Source: Botryllus schlosseri
Lineage: Eukaryota
Length of the DNA stretch: 64,000 nucleotides
Assembly (NCBI GenBank): GCA_051294905.1
Contig: CM119371.1
Coordinates: 5,520,001 to 5,584,000, forward strand
Reading direction: 5' to 3'
Shown here one piece after another: positions 49,801-63,544 of this stretch. Both the position numbers and the translations under genes were made by a program. Positions within the stretch are counted from its first letter, which is position 1. Every line of letters starts with the position of its first letter. The notes under the pieces were generated by a model. The model was given only the letters and a program-made list of their open reading frames with translations, was not told the origin of the DNA and searched no databases.

Positions 49801-52800
49801 CACCTTGAACGTTGGTACGCAGTTGTAGGACATAATAAGAATGCACCATACCAAATTTTGTCAGACATTTCATGATGTAACACCTTTAAAACCAACGCAG
49901 TTCTATACAGACTTTTGGCTAAGTCTGTTTTTCCGTAGCGTAGCACGTACCTACGCATATAGTCAACTTTAATAACGGAATTATCATGTTAATAATCGAC
50001 TCCCAACTTTGAAACTCGCTACACCGTTGTAAGACATTATGACAATGCACCATGTCAAATTTTGTTACGCATTTCATGATTGAACAACTTTGAAACTAAT
50101 CCAGTTCCATGCCGACTTTTACGGGGGCGTAGCACGTACCTATGCATACTCAACTTTAATAACGGAATTACCGAGCTTAACATTGAATGCGCAACTTGAA
50201 GATTGGTTCACAGGTGTAGGACATTATGACAATGGAACATACCACTGCGCTAACTTTCAGAATTGTTAAGTATAGTACTCGCACTTTGTGAGAATACCCA
50301 TGTAGGTTTTTTGCCTACATGCACCAAATACTATCAAGTCCTTATGATATTGGAGTACATCAACTTCATGATAGCTAGAGTATTGAACAGAAATAGACCT
50401 AGAGTACTAACGTTTTACTTACTCGGAAATGTCTACTTCTACCTTATTTTAAAGGAAACCTCGTTCGAAGCGAAATTTATGTGGTTTTTGGATAATATCC
50501 AAGATGTAGGCTCACTTTGAAGGGTACTTCCTAAAACTCAAATATTGCGCAAAAGTACAATTAGGGATCTAAAAGTAACTAATATAGATGGTTATTTTCG
50601 TAGATTACTTACCCTCTACTCAAGAGGTTTTTCAGGTGGAACTACCTACTTTTAGGACTGTGTATGTCAAAGTAGTTTGAGCTTACGTTTATATCACCTT
50701 GACAAGTGACATTATCACACATGAAAATGATATTATCGCGTAATACCAGAAGTTAACACACGTCAATGTGTTTCGGAATTCACTAGAAATTGGTTACTAA
50801 GAGAAGTATATTCTTGTGTACACAATAGCGGAGAGAATATTTAAAATGTAGTAAGCAGGCCGATGGGTATTCATTGAGTTGTATAAGCATAAAAAACATT
50901 CCCGCGCGCTCCTAAACCCTGCCTAACCCTACCACCTAATCCTAAGACGCGCGCGGGAATGTTTTTTATCGATAGAGTTTGTATAAATAAAGCCCTGCGA
51001 ATCGCACGCCTACGGCTATAGTTCGTTCGATTATTTTTCACCTTGGGATTAGCGTATATGCTACTAAGCTGTTACGACTTTAGAAAATTCTACAATACTA
51101 TTCGGAACGCGCACATGCGAGTGATTTGTTTCTGTAGCTCGGAACTGGAGAATCGCTTGCCTGCGTCTAATGAAAATAAGTCGTAAAATGTGGAGGCTGC
51201 AGAGACAGTAACTTGTATACATAAAATCAAGTTTAACATTATGGTCGGATGAGTTATCTCTGACCAATAGAGTAATATAACCGCCTATAGTTTAGTGGGG
51301 TATTGCTATAATGTATATCCAAACAATCGTTGCAGACTCTGAATGTTACCTAGGTCCTTATCACAAAAAATCATGCATCAGAAGCGTAGGGGTTCATATT
51401 ATCAAGTCGCAGCGCTCAAAATCGCATTTTATATTAAGTAATTAGTGATGATGTGTAGAATTTTGATATTAATAATATTATCCGGAGAATATAACCTTAC
51501 ATAGACATCATAGTTTTCGAATTTATGTATAATCTGAATAGGAATTTAAATACATAGTCCTAAATACACATAATAGAAAATCTGTCGATTCTAGCCAAGG
51601 TAAGTTTTGACGCAGCAATCATAAGTCGTAAAATGTGGAAACTACAGAAACCGTAACTTGTACACATAAAATCAAGTTTAAAAAATATGGACGGATGATA
51701 TTAGTCCTAAATACACATAATACAATATCTGAGAAAAGTATCAAGATGCGGCAATCAATGCAGCGATGATATAGCAATGGATGGATGATGTGGCAATAGG
51801 TGTGCTATAGGTGCGGCAATGGGCGGATGATGTGGCAATGTAGGCGTGGCAATTAAGCGACGTGGCGTAATTTGATTGGCCTGCACGAAACGATACCACC
51901 TTCACTACTGGTATGGCTATGGGTATTGAACAGACCGTAACTGCTGCACCCCAAGCCCCCCAATTGGAGGGAGCGAGATCGAAGGGGGACCAAAATTATT
52001 TAGTGAATTAGCATAAATTAGAGATTTTTCGCGCTGCGCGCGATTTCAAATCTCCGAGTACTTAATTACTGGGTACTCTTCGACCAAGATAAAATACGCA
52101 AGATTTATAGAAATGGGCATATCGGCGTTGGCCATTACCGCGCCACGACGCACGAAGACATATAAAGTTTTAGGCCAGCATGTAACGATTGTAACATGCG
52201 ACTCCAAGAAGTGTACCAGAACGATCGGCAGCGACAAAACCTTGGCCGAAAGGACTGCCCTTACGCTGACCGAACACTTTGTTATGTATATTCAAGATAC
52301 ATATAGGTATAATTGACCATAGGCGCCTAAATGACTGGCGCAAAATGTTCCTGTCCTGGCAATCTGAACGTCACGAGACAAATAGGCTACCATCCCGCAG
52401 GGAATAATTATATGCCAGTGAAGAACTACCAATTTGAAATCGTGTGCATCTTTTAGTTTAGTATGTTTGGGCGATTCTATATTTCTTGATATAGCAGACT
52501 GGAGGTCACGAAATAACAAATAACATCATGTAACGGAGTCGTACCTACGGGTCCGCCCGTCCGAATATGATTAATTATTATTTACGTGCCCTACAGTTTC
52601 TAAGACACCTCACTCAGCTCTACCGGTAAATCGGTAATTGATAGCAATATATATATGCAATTCCTGATCTTATTGACCTATTTTATTTTGAATCATCGAA
52701 AATTTTCGCGCTCCATGCTGGCTCACTAAACGTGGATCCTGATTTCATGGCAGAAGCGAACAACGGCATGGGGGGTCGGTTTATCACTCTATGGGAGCTC

Positions 52801-54874
52801 AAGACCTAAGTGTTTTGGGGGCCTGACGAAGTGCTGTTTCGTTCCTGTTAACGGGTAATAGCCCGAAGATGTTTAATTATTATTGAGTGACACACTACCT
52901 TTTCAAGCACAACTCACTCGGCTCAACTGGTCAATCTGATTACCTGAGCAGAGAGAGGTTAAAAATTGATAGCAATACATATGAAATTCCCGATTATATT
53001 GACCGATTCCATCATGAATTATAGAAATTTTTCGCGCTTGGCGCGATTAGTCGAGAGGAACTGCCTAAAACGGACATCCGAGTTAGATGATAAATAGTGT
53101 TAAACAGCCATCTAGCTTGAGGGGGTCTGGGGGCTTCGAAGTTCTGTTGATCACCCTATGGGAGACCCAAGAGAAACTTATTTTTATGGGGGTTGCTGAC
53201 GAATTGCCGTTACGGCCCTGGGTATTGAAAACTAATTTACGGATAGATGTGCAACAAGTGACTCACCATTGAATACGGCGAGATGCGTACTGCTTAACCG
53301 GCAAAAAGCAGCATCATTGGTAGTCCTATAGCTCGCGACCCAAGCGCCCGAATAATTTGATATGTCGGTGTTTATCGAAAGCAAGTGTCGCACTGATTCC
53401 AAAACTGCGAATTGAAATCTCGCCAGGGCAATAAAACTACTCCGAGATAGTCAGCAAAGGTTGATTGTTCTGAACAACGGGAGCGCGGCAACACAATGAA
53501 TGGCCAATGGCGTCAAGCGAGTGATCGGAAAAATGCCAATTTTCATATTTTGGTGACTATTTTGGGTTCCTTTCATTGCCTAGGTAGGCTATTCAAGCGG
53601 CCCCGGCCGTACTCTTAAATTCTAAAATTGGCCCTGCCACCGTAAAAGGTTGGGAACCACTGGTCAAGAGAACTATTGTTATATCAAGTTTAGATTCTGA
53701 ATCAATTATCAAGATTCGAGATGCAGGTCTTCTTGTTTAATGCAGTCGGATATCAGCAATGGAATAATCAGTATATCCAGTTTTGATCAATTAAAACGAT
53801 GAGAAGATAGGTATGTTGCATTTGCTTCCACTAGCAGTTTAAAGCATATCGATGTTAAGCATTAAATGCCAAAATAGAAAATAGCTAATATCATCCATCA
53901 TTGGCCGATGAATTAATCTTGATATAACTCAGGGATGCATTAATTCGACTTCAGCATTATAAAATTTATTTTCCTCGATATTGCTTTTTCACCCTCCCGA
54001 AACAATCCGCCAATTACCATTTTTCCAAATTAGACTCGAATAGAATTGAAGCTATGATAAACAGGTCTTTCCAAATTAGATTACAATTATCTGAATCGGC
54101 GAAAACTTGAAATTGAATCAAGTTCCTTTCATTATTAGAGGAACGAAACATTTCGCTGCACAAGTTGGATTGGCATTAGATTACTGACATTTTGCTCCAA
54201 TTAGTCTAATTTAACTAGATCTCGTTGTCCAGGTCTGCTAACAGCTATAGACATTTACCAACATACTTGAGTCAGGGATATTTTCTGTTTGGTCCTACGT
54301 CTGGTGATCAGACAAATTCAAACATTGGTAATGTGATGCATGTTACGATACAGTGATGACATTTAAAATTAAAATAATATTAGGACGATTGCCGAAGTTG
54401 AAGACTTTCACAACAAGTTTAAGAACAATTCAAATTCATTTAGCGTTGGAGAATCCATCTTATAAGGGTATTTACAGGCCAAAATCTATGAAGTACTGGT
54501 GTATATGGTAGATACGACACATTGATTAGGTAACGATCATTGCTCGTAATAAATGCTTTGATGGTAAAGCTCGACTCAATTGATTCTACCTCAAGAAGAT
54601 TTTGCGCCATTGGAATCTTTCACGCTACCCCATGACGAAGAAGCAGTGGTAAAACTAGATCATATACACTGGACTATAGCAGTGCTAGAACATTTTCAAC
54701 TTTTTTTCAGATTAGACTAGAATTAGAATTATAGCTAAAGATTTTTTTACAAATTAAATTGGAATTATCAAATTCGCAACAGTTGCGAAATTAAATTAAA
54801 ATCAACATCATAACTTCTTGGTATTCATGCTCATGAACTGGATCTAACTAAAAACTAAAACTAGATGGGACACT

Positions 54875-56160
54875 GTAAAACCCGCAAAACCCACAAAACC
54901 TGTGAAACCCGCCAAACCCGCAGCGTGAGTAGCAGGGTTTTGCGGATAAACGCAGGGTTTTGCGGGTGACAAAGTGTCTTTGGCGGGTGAATAGCAGGGT
55001 TTGCGGAGGAATGCCAGGGTTTTGCGGGTGACGAAGTGGGTTTTGCGGTTAACCAGCAGGGTTTTGCTGGTGAATACCCTGCTATTCCCCCGCAAAAGCC
55101 ATCGGCAAACATCTGTTAGATAATCCAATTTCATCATCATCATTGGTTTATTACAGATTTTATCAGTTCAATACACCACAAAAAAATGCGATACAATGAA
55201 TAGACAGGAAGATGTCGAAGCGACTTGGATTTGTCTATGGAATCAGACACCCACCTTGGCCTAGGCCAGTGGTTCCCAACGTTGGCTATTTGGCGGTCCA
55301 GGGGGGCGAAAATGACGAAGGGGGCGATAGGGGGGCGAAAATGGACAAAGGGGGCGACAGGGGGCGAAATTAGCCAAGGGGGCGATAGGGGGGCGATGAC
55401 GCGCCAAAACGGCTGACTTTTTTTTTTAGTCATCCACCTAGCAATGCGGAGAGAAAAACGTTATTTTGAGCTCTGAGCGGAAAAATAAATATAACAGTGG
55501 ACAGTCTGCAACATAGAAGAGAATAATAATCACAAATAGAAGAAAATTATAATCACAAATATATAACAAAGACAGTAGCCATGGCAACATACTAGGTAAA
55601 GCAATATGAAGTCAATAAATAGATGTATAATTTATAAATCAACGGGTACTAGATTGTAGATACTCTCATATCTGATTATACTTTGAAAAAAGGTGATCCT
55701 GGTATTGGGTTTTAAATTCATGCTGAGGTAGCTCTTTGATACTGTCGGGCACGTCATTCCAAATATTTGGGCCCATATATTCAATGGACTGTTGGGTCAG
55801 TCTGGAGTTCCTGCGGTGAACATAAAGATGACCAGATTCCGATGATCTAGTAGAATACCCAGCAAATCTTTGCTATTCAACTGCAAAACCCTGCTATTCA
55901 CCCACAAAACCGTGCTAGTTAACCGTAAAATCCGTTTTGTGACTCGAAACCCTGCTATTTACCTGCAAAATCCGCTTTGCCACCCGCAAAACCCTGCGAG
56001 TTTTGTCACCCGCAAAACCCTGCTATTCCCCCGCGAAAGCCGCTTTGTGACCCGCAAAACCCTGATAGTTAACCGCAAAACCCGCTTTGTGACCCGAAAA
56101 ACCCTGCTATTCACCCGCAAAATCCGATTTGCCACCCGCAAAACCTTTCTATTCAGCCGC
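54875..56160. repeat. Two oppositely oriented arrays of ~21-bp CCCGCAAAACCC repeats with an inserted Charlie-like end
   Basis: GGGTTTTGCGGG units at ~54935-55075 and CCCGCAAAACCC units at ~55880-56150; CAGTGGTTCCCAAC at 55267 followed by GGGGCGA repeats. Confidence 0.75.
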
Positions 56161-59100
56161 GTGATGTATCAGACGTGCAATGAGATAGATTTTTGTAGTT
56201 TATTAGACTGGACGAAAATCCTGGGGCCAGAATGCAAGTTTGCGCAAGGGTTCGCCATGATGCATGGTATTCAAATTCATCTTTAACACAACTGACCAAA
56301 TCTCCATCACTATGATCTGTGGCTACCAAATAGCTGTCTTCATTTGTCCATTTGTCCATTTGTTCATTTGCTTTTTATTACATTTTGACAAGAATTGGTT
56401 TCAGATGATATTAAAAGACCCAAGATGACTAATGTGGTGCTTAAAGTTGGTGTGTTACGACTTAGTTTCCCTAAAGCTCACCAAATTTTCCAGCACATAA
56501 AAAAACTCAGCATCATATTTAGAGCGCAGTGCACATTTCAGACCAACTTTCATCCATATACATTCTGGGTAGTTAAATATACTATTACCCAAAAAGTATA
56601 TTCTATTATCCAACTGCGAAATGTTCAATAACTGCATGCATGGGCATTGGGCAATTGGCATGGTTACTGAGAGGTTTGGCGCCATCCGAAGGTTTAGGAA
56701 CGATATCCATATATTCCGAATCGAGTATCAGGCTGTGGAGGATTTCATTGCACTGTTTAACAAAGCTGTAGGTTGATCATAGTTCACAGACTTCTACCGT
56801 GGAATATATTCGACTGGGATCACTAGATTTAATACACTAATCAGATCCCAGTACTCCATCGTAAAAGCTGCCCTCGATGTCAAAGGACAATCCCAAAGAC
56901 CCAAACCTAGACTTCCGATGTCGACATCACTACCTTTTTAAATCTCGTGAAATTTAGCACCTGCATCGATGAGCTAATTCCAAACAGGATCACAGAAGTT
57001 ACGCCATTTTAAAAATTGACAATTTTCCACTCATTGCGGGTCTGAACAGTACTTTGTTTTATCAATACATTAATCAAGGTGTAGCTGAAATTGAAAGACA
57101 GTTGAGATTTTTCACTTGGATTTCTCGGTAGCTTGTCTGATAGTCTATATGTCAAAGTGACATTTAAGACCTTACCGCGTAGGGTCAAAGGTTAAATTGA
57201 GTGGAAATTTGCTTAATGACCTGGTATGAGTCAAGCATTGCAATATTGCTCAAACACATATCAAAATATAAAAACAAGTAGGTTCTCAAGGGGAATTCGT
57301 TCAAAGCTGTTTAATTTTGGTCCCAAATCTCTGAAGATAATAAATTGCAGTCTCAGTCCCCGTCTCTCTCAAACGCACTGCATTTGTGCGCAAAGTTTGG
57401 AATATGCTAGACCAGGAGGGGGCAAACTACGGTCCGCGGGCCACGTGCGGCCCGAGACAACATCTTGTGCAGCCAGTCAAGGCATTGAATATTTTAATAG
57501 AAATAATGATAATGCGCAGTTCAAATCTGATCACTAGAGAGACTAGTTTAAACTTTTTCTTGAGATATTTCATCATGATAATAAGTGATAACCGTATAAT
57601 ATTGCATTTCGAAACATTTCGCTTGCTAAACATCCAAGAAAATCTAATTGGAAATGAATTAGTTCGTATAACAATTGTGATTTCGGGTTAGAATTCCAAC
57701 TTTTAGTTCTGTACTTGGAAAACTGATTTTGTGCGTGTTATTTAGATTCGTCCTCTCATCAATATGCGCAGTTAGGTGCAAATTGTTCCTAACTTCAGCC
57801 TCAATTTAATCATAATCAGTTGTCTGAATCAATACGAAACGCGGAAAGTTGAAGATGAATGCTTTGTAATGGTTAAAGGATCAACTGATAGGTAGCCTAC
57901 TTCGGTTCCTGCGTCTGAGGTAACACAGTATATATTACTTCATTGACGCGCTGTGAGGTTTGTGACTGGTGAGGCATGGACCCCCCCCCCCCCCCCACAC
58001 ACACACACACACAAACACCCACGCAAAGTACCTGATAAAGAGACCCAATATGTGAATAACAATAAGAGCAGCGGGTATAGGGAGCATTTTCTCTGCGCAG
58101 TGATATCCGTTGCAATTCCACATTCTAAAATATATGTCGTCGGACTGGTCGCTATTGTGCTAAATGGGCAAGTTTAGACGGATATTAATTACTATCTTTT
58201 CAAGTATCGGTATAAATTATCCGAAGCACATGAAAATAGTATCCTTATTTACAGATATTTTTTCAGTAAAAAACACTAGATTTGCCTAATTTCGCAAGAA
58301 AATACACTAGGACACTAGGTCAAGTCAAAATACACCACATCTAGTGTAAAATCACTAGGAGTGGCACCACCGACCGCGAACAACGACAACGCAGGCTATG
58401 TAAGTATAGCTATAACATACCACAAACACAGCTAAAGGCCACAAAAAACGACGATGTAGCCTATGCAAGTAGATATCACATGCCACAATTTAACGGAAAG
58501 TACATAACAGCTACATAAGTAAGGGACTGAATTTGCTCCGCATTACGTATTGGCGGTCGCTACTATATAATTCCTACAGGACTGCTGTATTCCGAAATCC
58601 ATAGGCAGTTTCGCTGTGTTGCGATTGTCCAATTGTTAGCGAATAGTACATGAGTCAGATTAGTTTGTGCCTCACCTGGCTATTGTTTCTCTGCGATCGC
58701 ATTGTTTGTAATAAAACCGAATGTCACCTTCCTTGGCGATTTTTTTTTTTGGGGGGGGGGGGGTTCTGGTGCTCTGACACTATTAATATTTAGATTTTTG
58801 GAATGAGTGTGACGATCAGACATGGGGTGATTACTTCATGAATGTAATCGATTGCGATTACGATTACTTCAGAATCACGCGATTACGATTACGATTACAG
58901 CAAAATCAGGAAGTAGTCGATTACGATTACGATTACATTGGAAAAGTAATCATGATCACTCGCGATTACATTTATTTTGCTTATTCTAAGAACTAAGCTT
59001 ACGAGATATATTGGAAGACAATATAAGGCCTATTGATTTAACAACTTTCTTTATAAATGATGCGTCAGTTGCTTGTTACGTCATAATGTAGCCATTTCCC

Positions 59101-59796
59101 AACAATGTAGGATTTATCGCACCCAACGATTTGCATTCTTGCCAGCTAAGTCCGTAACTGCCGCACCCAAAAATCACCAATAGGGTGGGGAGCGAGCTCT
59201 AAGTGGAATCAAAAATACTTCGTAAACCAACATAAATTATAGAATATTTTCGAGAGATTTAATTAACTTGAAGTTTTTTTCGAGCTTCGCGATTTAAATG
59301 TTTCTAGACTTTTGTGATTCATACCTGTCCCCCTCAAGAAAAAAACATGCATAATTTATGGTAATAGGCATTTGAGAGCCGGTCATTACCGCGTCACGAC
59401 ACACCAAAAGACATATGCAGTTTGGGCCAATATGCGACTCCACGGAGTGTGTTACTAAAGAAAGACTTTTCCGAAACTTAGGGTATTTGTCCATTGTCAA
59501 TATCCGCGCTGGGTGGGCGTGACTAATAGTGCTGTCCTTCCAATCTGAGCCCACAATGCAAATGCCAACCGAGGGCACCCACAGACGAATATAAACATGA
59601 CAATTTGTGTGAAAGTCTCACGAAAGTTTTTTTTTGGTCTGCTATACGTTTGGGCGACTGCAACATCTTTTTATTACTTAAAGGATCGGAGGTCACGATT
59701 TAACAACATACCAGATGGTAATGATTATGAATTACGTCCCCCGGATTTACAAGTAAATCTGACCATCGGGGACTGGAGAGGATCAAAAATGATGAT

Positions 59797-60222
59797 TAGG
59801 GTTGCATTTAAAACAAACGGTGTTCCAAAACACTTTCTTTAAAACATGTTTTAAGCAGTGTTATAAACCAAGGCCTTTAAAAAACAATATTGTGTTTTTT
59901 TAGCTATGAAATTATGCCATAATTGTGTGAATACTTTCCAAAAAAACATGTTGTATGGGCCTACGGACAATCACCATCCGTATATCGATATGGGATGGTT
60001 GAAACCACCAAAATAGTCGGTTCAACAGCAATAGTACATATATTTCGTCACATGAGCTAAAGTTATTCTATATTTTCAATTGTCAATGTCAATCCACCAA
60101 GACATCAAAATAGAATATTCGTGACGTCATGGCTTAAGGGAAAACAATTAAACATGTTTTAAACAAGGCATTTGTTTTAAACATGTTTTTTTTAATTGAT
60201 TTTCGTTTTAACTGCAACCCTA
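59797..60222. mobile_element. MITE (TAGGGTTGCA termini, AAAACATGTTTT-rich) nested in CGATTA copy 2
   Basis: TAGGGTTGCA...TGCAACCCTA; absent from copy 1; no clean TSD. Confidence 0.75.
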
Positions 60223-60628
60223 AATACAATGCAATTACCAATATTATTGGCGAAATTCAGTCTTGAACTAGAAAATTGACCATGGGGCCCAAGACTCACA
60301 TTTGGAGTCGGGGACGAATTGCTGTTTTGGTCTGATTTTAGCTATACAATAACCCACGCGCACACTGTGTATAAGCGGATGGCTATGTCGGCAGGTCCGA
60401 ATATTGAGTAAAGAAGTGTGAAATATCGATTGGCGCCCGTTTCAAGTAGAGTCATATGAGAATAAGATAAAGAAAACATAATATTCTACCTTCAACTCAA
60501 TACAGATACTGCCAGCTACCGTTACTAGAAACGGCAAAGACCGTCTCGGTTATAATATATATCAGCAGCTGTTGATCTTTATTTGTTCGTTGTGGAAACC
60601 GTAATATTTTATTTGACGAGTACACAAT

Positions 60629-61623
60629 TAGGGATGGTGTGAACGTGAGGTTCACGTTCGCGTTCTGTGTGTGAACCTCGAAAATTTAGAGGTTCGCGTT
60701 CACAACAGAACCTTGGTAGGTTCTGCACTGTGAACCTTTTTGGTAAATTACAATTTTCCCTTCATTATAAGATCTTTGGTTCAAATTTATTGCATTTCAA
60801 CTGCGGGCCACTCTATGCATGGCGCTGGCAGCGTAGAAAATCAACACTAATCGAGCATGCACCTTGACAATTTTAAAAGTTTTACTTGCTTTGTTACAAA
60901 AATGTTCTCGTAATATCCAGCTTTCCGTTCGTGAATATTTAGTGACTCTCTGTTGTGAGCTTGACCCACAATCGCACAACATCACGAGAGAAATACGTAG
61001 TCAGCGAATGATGCTTATTCAACCAATCAATTACATTGATATCGTTTTCTGGTGTAAAAATCTAGCAGGCGTACGGGGTCAATTTTGACTTCATATCTTT
61101 ACTGTCCCATTAAAACCAAAACCGTGCGATTAAGGTGTTGGCTACTGCTGTATAACTTGTTGTTGTTTGTGGTATCGGTAGCCAGTATAGAAACCCGTTT
61201 TACACTCTGCTCATTATTATCAATGTAGCAATACTCAGACGCCGAATACATTGTCCGGTGAGGCCTAGACCGTTAAGCCCCAAGCTTATATTCCCTGGTA
61301 AGTCCTCGTAGAAATTGTTGGCAAAGCGACGGAATGTATTGATTTTATGGGATTATTATATTCTTTGACTACCGCGGTTGATACATTCAGCAACGTTTGA
61401 AACGCCAGTATGTACTTCAGCATTGTGGCATTATGTGGCCCGTGTCGTCGCTAGGTATCGTGTACATTATTATAAGCTATCACTTCATTGAAAGATAGGG
61501 TTTGGAATTAGCAATATGACGTCACGTGACGTCATGAGGTTCACGTTCGCGTTCACACAGAACCTTTCAAAAAGGTTCGCGTTCACACGAACCTGAACCT
61601 TTCAGAGGTTCACACCATCCCTA
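60629..61623. mobile_element. hAT MITE (TAGGGATGGTGTGAAC termini) nested in CGATTA copy 2
   Basis: TAGGGATGGTGTGAAC...GTTCACACCATCCCTA; TSD TACACAAT/TACAAAAT (7/8). Confidence 0.88.
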
Positions 61624-62307
61624 TACAAAATTTCAAATCTTTGTATGGTGTACGTTGTACGTACGTACAGTCGTACATGCTACATAGGCCTGCTGTTCGC
61701 CAAGCAGCAACGGTCAAACTACGTATAACTAAGAATAACCATTAACCAAACATCAATACATAAGTTACTATATATGACACTAGGCAGAGTGGGGATTATT
61801 ATCCTGCTGCGAGGTAGTGGCGTCTAAAGTGCATTGATAATCCGATATTCACAGCGGTGTGTGTTATTACAATCACACAACAATGTACCTCGAATACCTA
61901 TTTACTATGTGTGGATACTTCTTACGCAATGACGAGCAAAGCTAATACTTCTGACGTAGTCTAATAATGAGGAGTAGCGTTTGAAAATCAGACGTTTGTG
62001 CTATCACTAACCTCGTATAATATATGTTCATTGTTCAATAATGTTCAGTTTATGTCATAGTCCTTGTACAAATAAAAAGTAATCGTGCTTTCACAAAGAA
62101 ATCGAATAAATATTGGAAGTAGTCGATTACGATTACGATTACTTCGAATTTTTGTCGAATGTAATCGATTGCGATTACGATTACTTCAAAATGCTGTAAT
62201 CGTCGTAATCGATTACGATTACTAATCGCGATTACCCCATGTCTGGTGACGATAGCATTTGATTGATACCATTTGTTATGAATTACGAGATATTTATGAT
62301 GAATTGC

Positions 62308-62559
62308 AATGTCGCAGGTGAGGCAAGACGCGCACGTGCCTCACCTGTGCCCAACTCTCCTTTCGCGCTGTATTTTTCAATAAGAATTATGCAAATTGAT
62401 AATGTTGGGTGAAAAAATGTTCAAATTTAGTTATTTATGAACATCGATGTAAAATATTGATAATCATCGACTCATAGAGGGTTTTCACGATTTTCACTTA
62501 CTCACCCTGAAGACAGGTGAGGCACTACCTCACCTGCCTTATTGGACCGCACGTCACTG
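62308..62559. mobile_element. Short MITE remnant with AGGTGAGGCA/CCTCACCT motifs
   Basis: Repeated AGGTGAGGCA..CCTCACCTG at both ends, finishing CGTCACTG; left terminus eroded. Confidence 0.5.
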
Positions 62560-62821
62560 TAATACTTATTGTATTGAATTCGTTGTTCTAATCCGAATCC
62601 GAACATCCTAATTAGAGGTCTAATGTACCAAATTATGAGGTTCTATATGAATCAACCGAATTAATGAAATGTCTGAGACAACAGTAAATTATGTTGATGT
62701 CCTCCCTAACAAATGAGCTTGAAGAAGGTAAGTTTACCACAGTAACGCTTTTACTAAAACGTTTTTAAGGTAACATGCTATTAAGCGGTAACCAAACCCA
62801 GAATCAGCATACCAATGACAC

Positions 62822-63544
62822 CAGGGCCGGCCAACCCGTGGCCCGCGAGCCACATGTGGCCCGTCTGACAGTATTGAGTGGCCCGCGAGGTAATTTCCGA
62901 AATCAGTAATATTATCAAAAATGGATTGCACAGATTGTGAACTTGCAAGGCCAACCAAAAATTTGATTAGTCTGGCCGCAATTCTTGAGATTTGATGAAT
63001 AAAATATCAGTTCCGACGCATTGGCAGATCCATGAGCCATCCACATTTTGGTAGATCTTCGTACACTACAATAAAGCAGAATACTTTGCGATAGATTTAT
63101 CATAAGTAAAAATCTAATACACGCTTCGCTCAACATGTTGTCATTCGATTTTTTGCTTTTAATATTGTTACCCCTTTGTGAAAATGAAAGAACGCCTAAT
63201 GTATCGGATGGAGTGTAACTATATTCGCGATTACGAGACAAAGTGTCATTCAACATATGCGACCTTGCGTTTGCGCTTGCAGAAAGACCGTCGACTATGA
63301 AACCTAGGCCCAAAATGATTGACGCATGTTGGTCAAAGCTTCCGATATCGATATGTCCAGGCGCCGAATAGTCTATTCCTTGCATCTGAGCCCAGCGATA
63401 TACAGCCGGCCCGCAATATAGTCAAGTGACAATATTATTGACCTACGAACTTCGAAAAACTTTCGCGCTTCGCGCGGCTGGTGGCCCGCGCAATAGTTTG
63501 CCAATCAAATGTGGCCCTTTGGCTAAAAAGGTTGGCCACCCCTG
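62822..63544. mobile_element. Charlie/Buster-type hAT MITE
   Basis: CAGGGCCGGCCAACC...GGTTGGCCACCCCTG; TSD AATGACAC/CATGACAC (7/8); GGCCCGCG motifs. Confidence 0.85.

Larger units (their letters stand above)
44935..50245 (+). repeat. Interrupted ~200-bp diverged tandem repeats
   Basis: Unit marker AATAACGGAATTACCATG..GTTGTAGGACATTATG..ACCAAATTT near 45070, 47961, 48163, 49566, 49767, 49971 and 50158; split by the hAT at 45261-47944 and by unique sequence. Confidence 0.85.
40462..51909. mobile_element. Non-autonomous Polinton/Maverick-like element
   Basis: 942-bp TIRs (40462-41403; 50968-51909), ~5 mismatches seen, termini AGTAGT...ACTACT; flanks GGTATA/GGTATG (6-bp TSD, 5/6). No pPolB, integrase or capsid ORF visible inside. 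Confidence 0.75.
39067..53662. mobile_element. Charlie-type hAT non-autonomous element inflated to 14.6 kb by nested insertions
   Basis: CAGTGATTCCCAACC (39067) ... GGTTGGGAACCACTG (53662); exact TSD GTCAAGAG (39059-39066, 53663-53670). Confidence 0.85.
58817..62245 (+). mobile_element. Non-autonomous hAT element with (CGATTA)n repeats, copy 2
   Basis: Same TIRs as 27665-30137; exact TSD GTGACGAT. Confidence 0.92.

Noticed and set aside
55870..56286. 138-aa ORF with repeated FVTRKTLL
   Set aside because: Translation of a 21-bp minisatellite.
62915..63385. 156-aa ORF inside the Charlie-type MITE
   Set aside because: No recognisable transposase motifs; likely a chance ORF.
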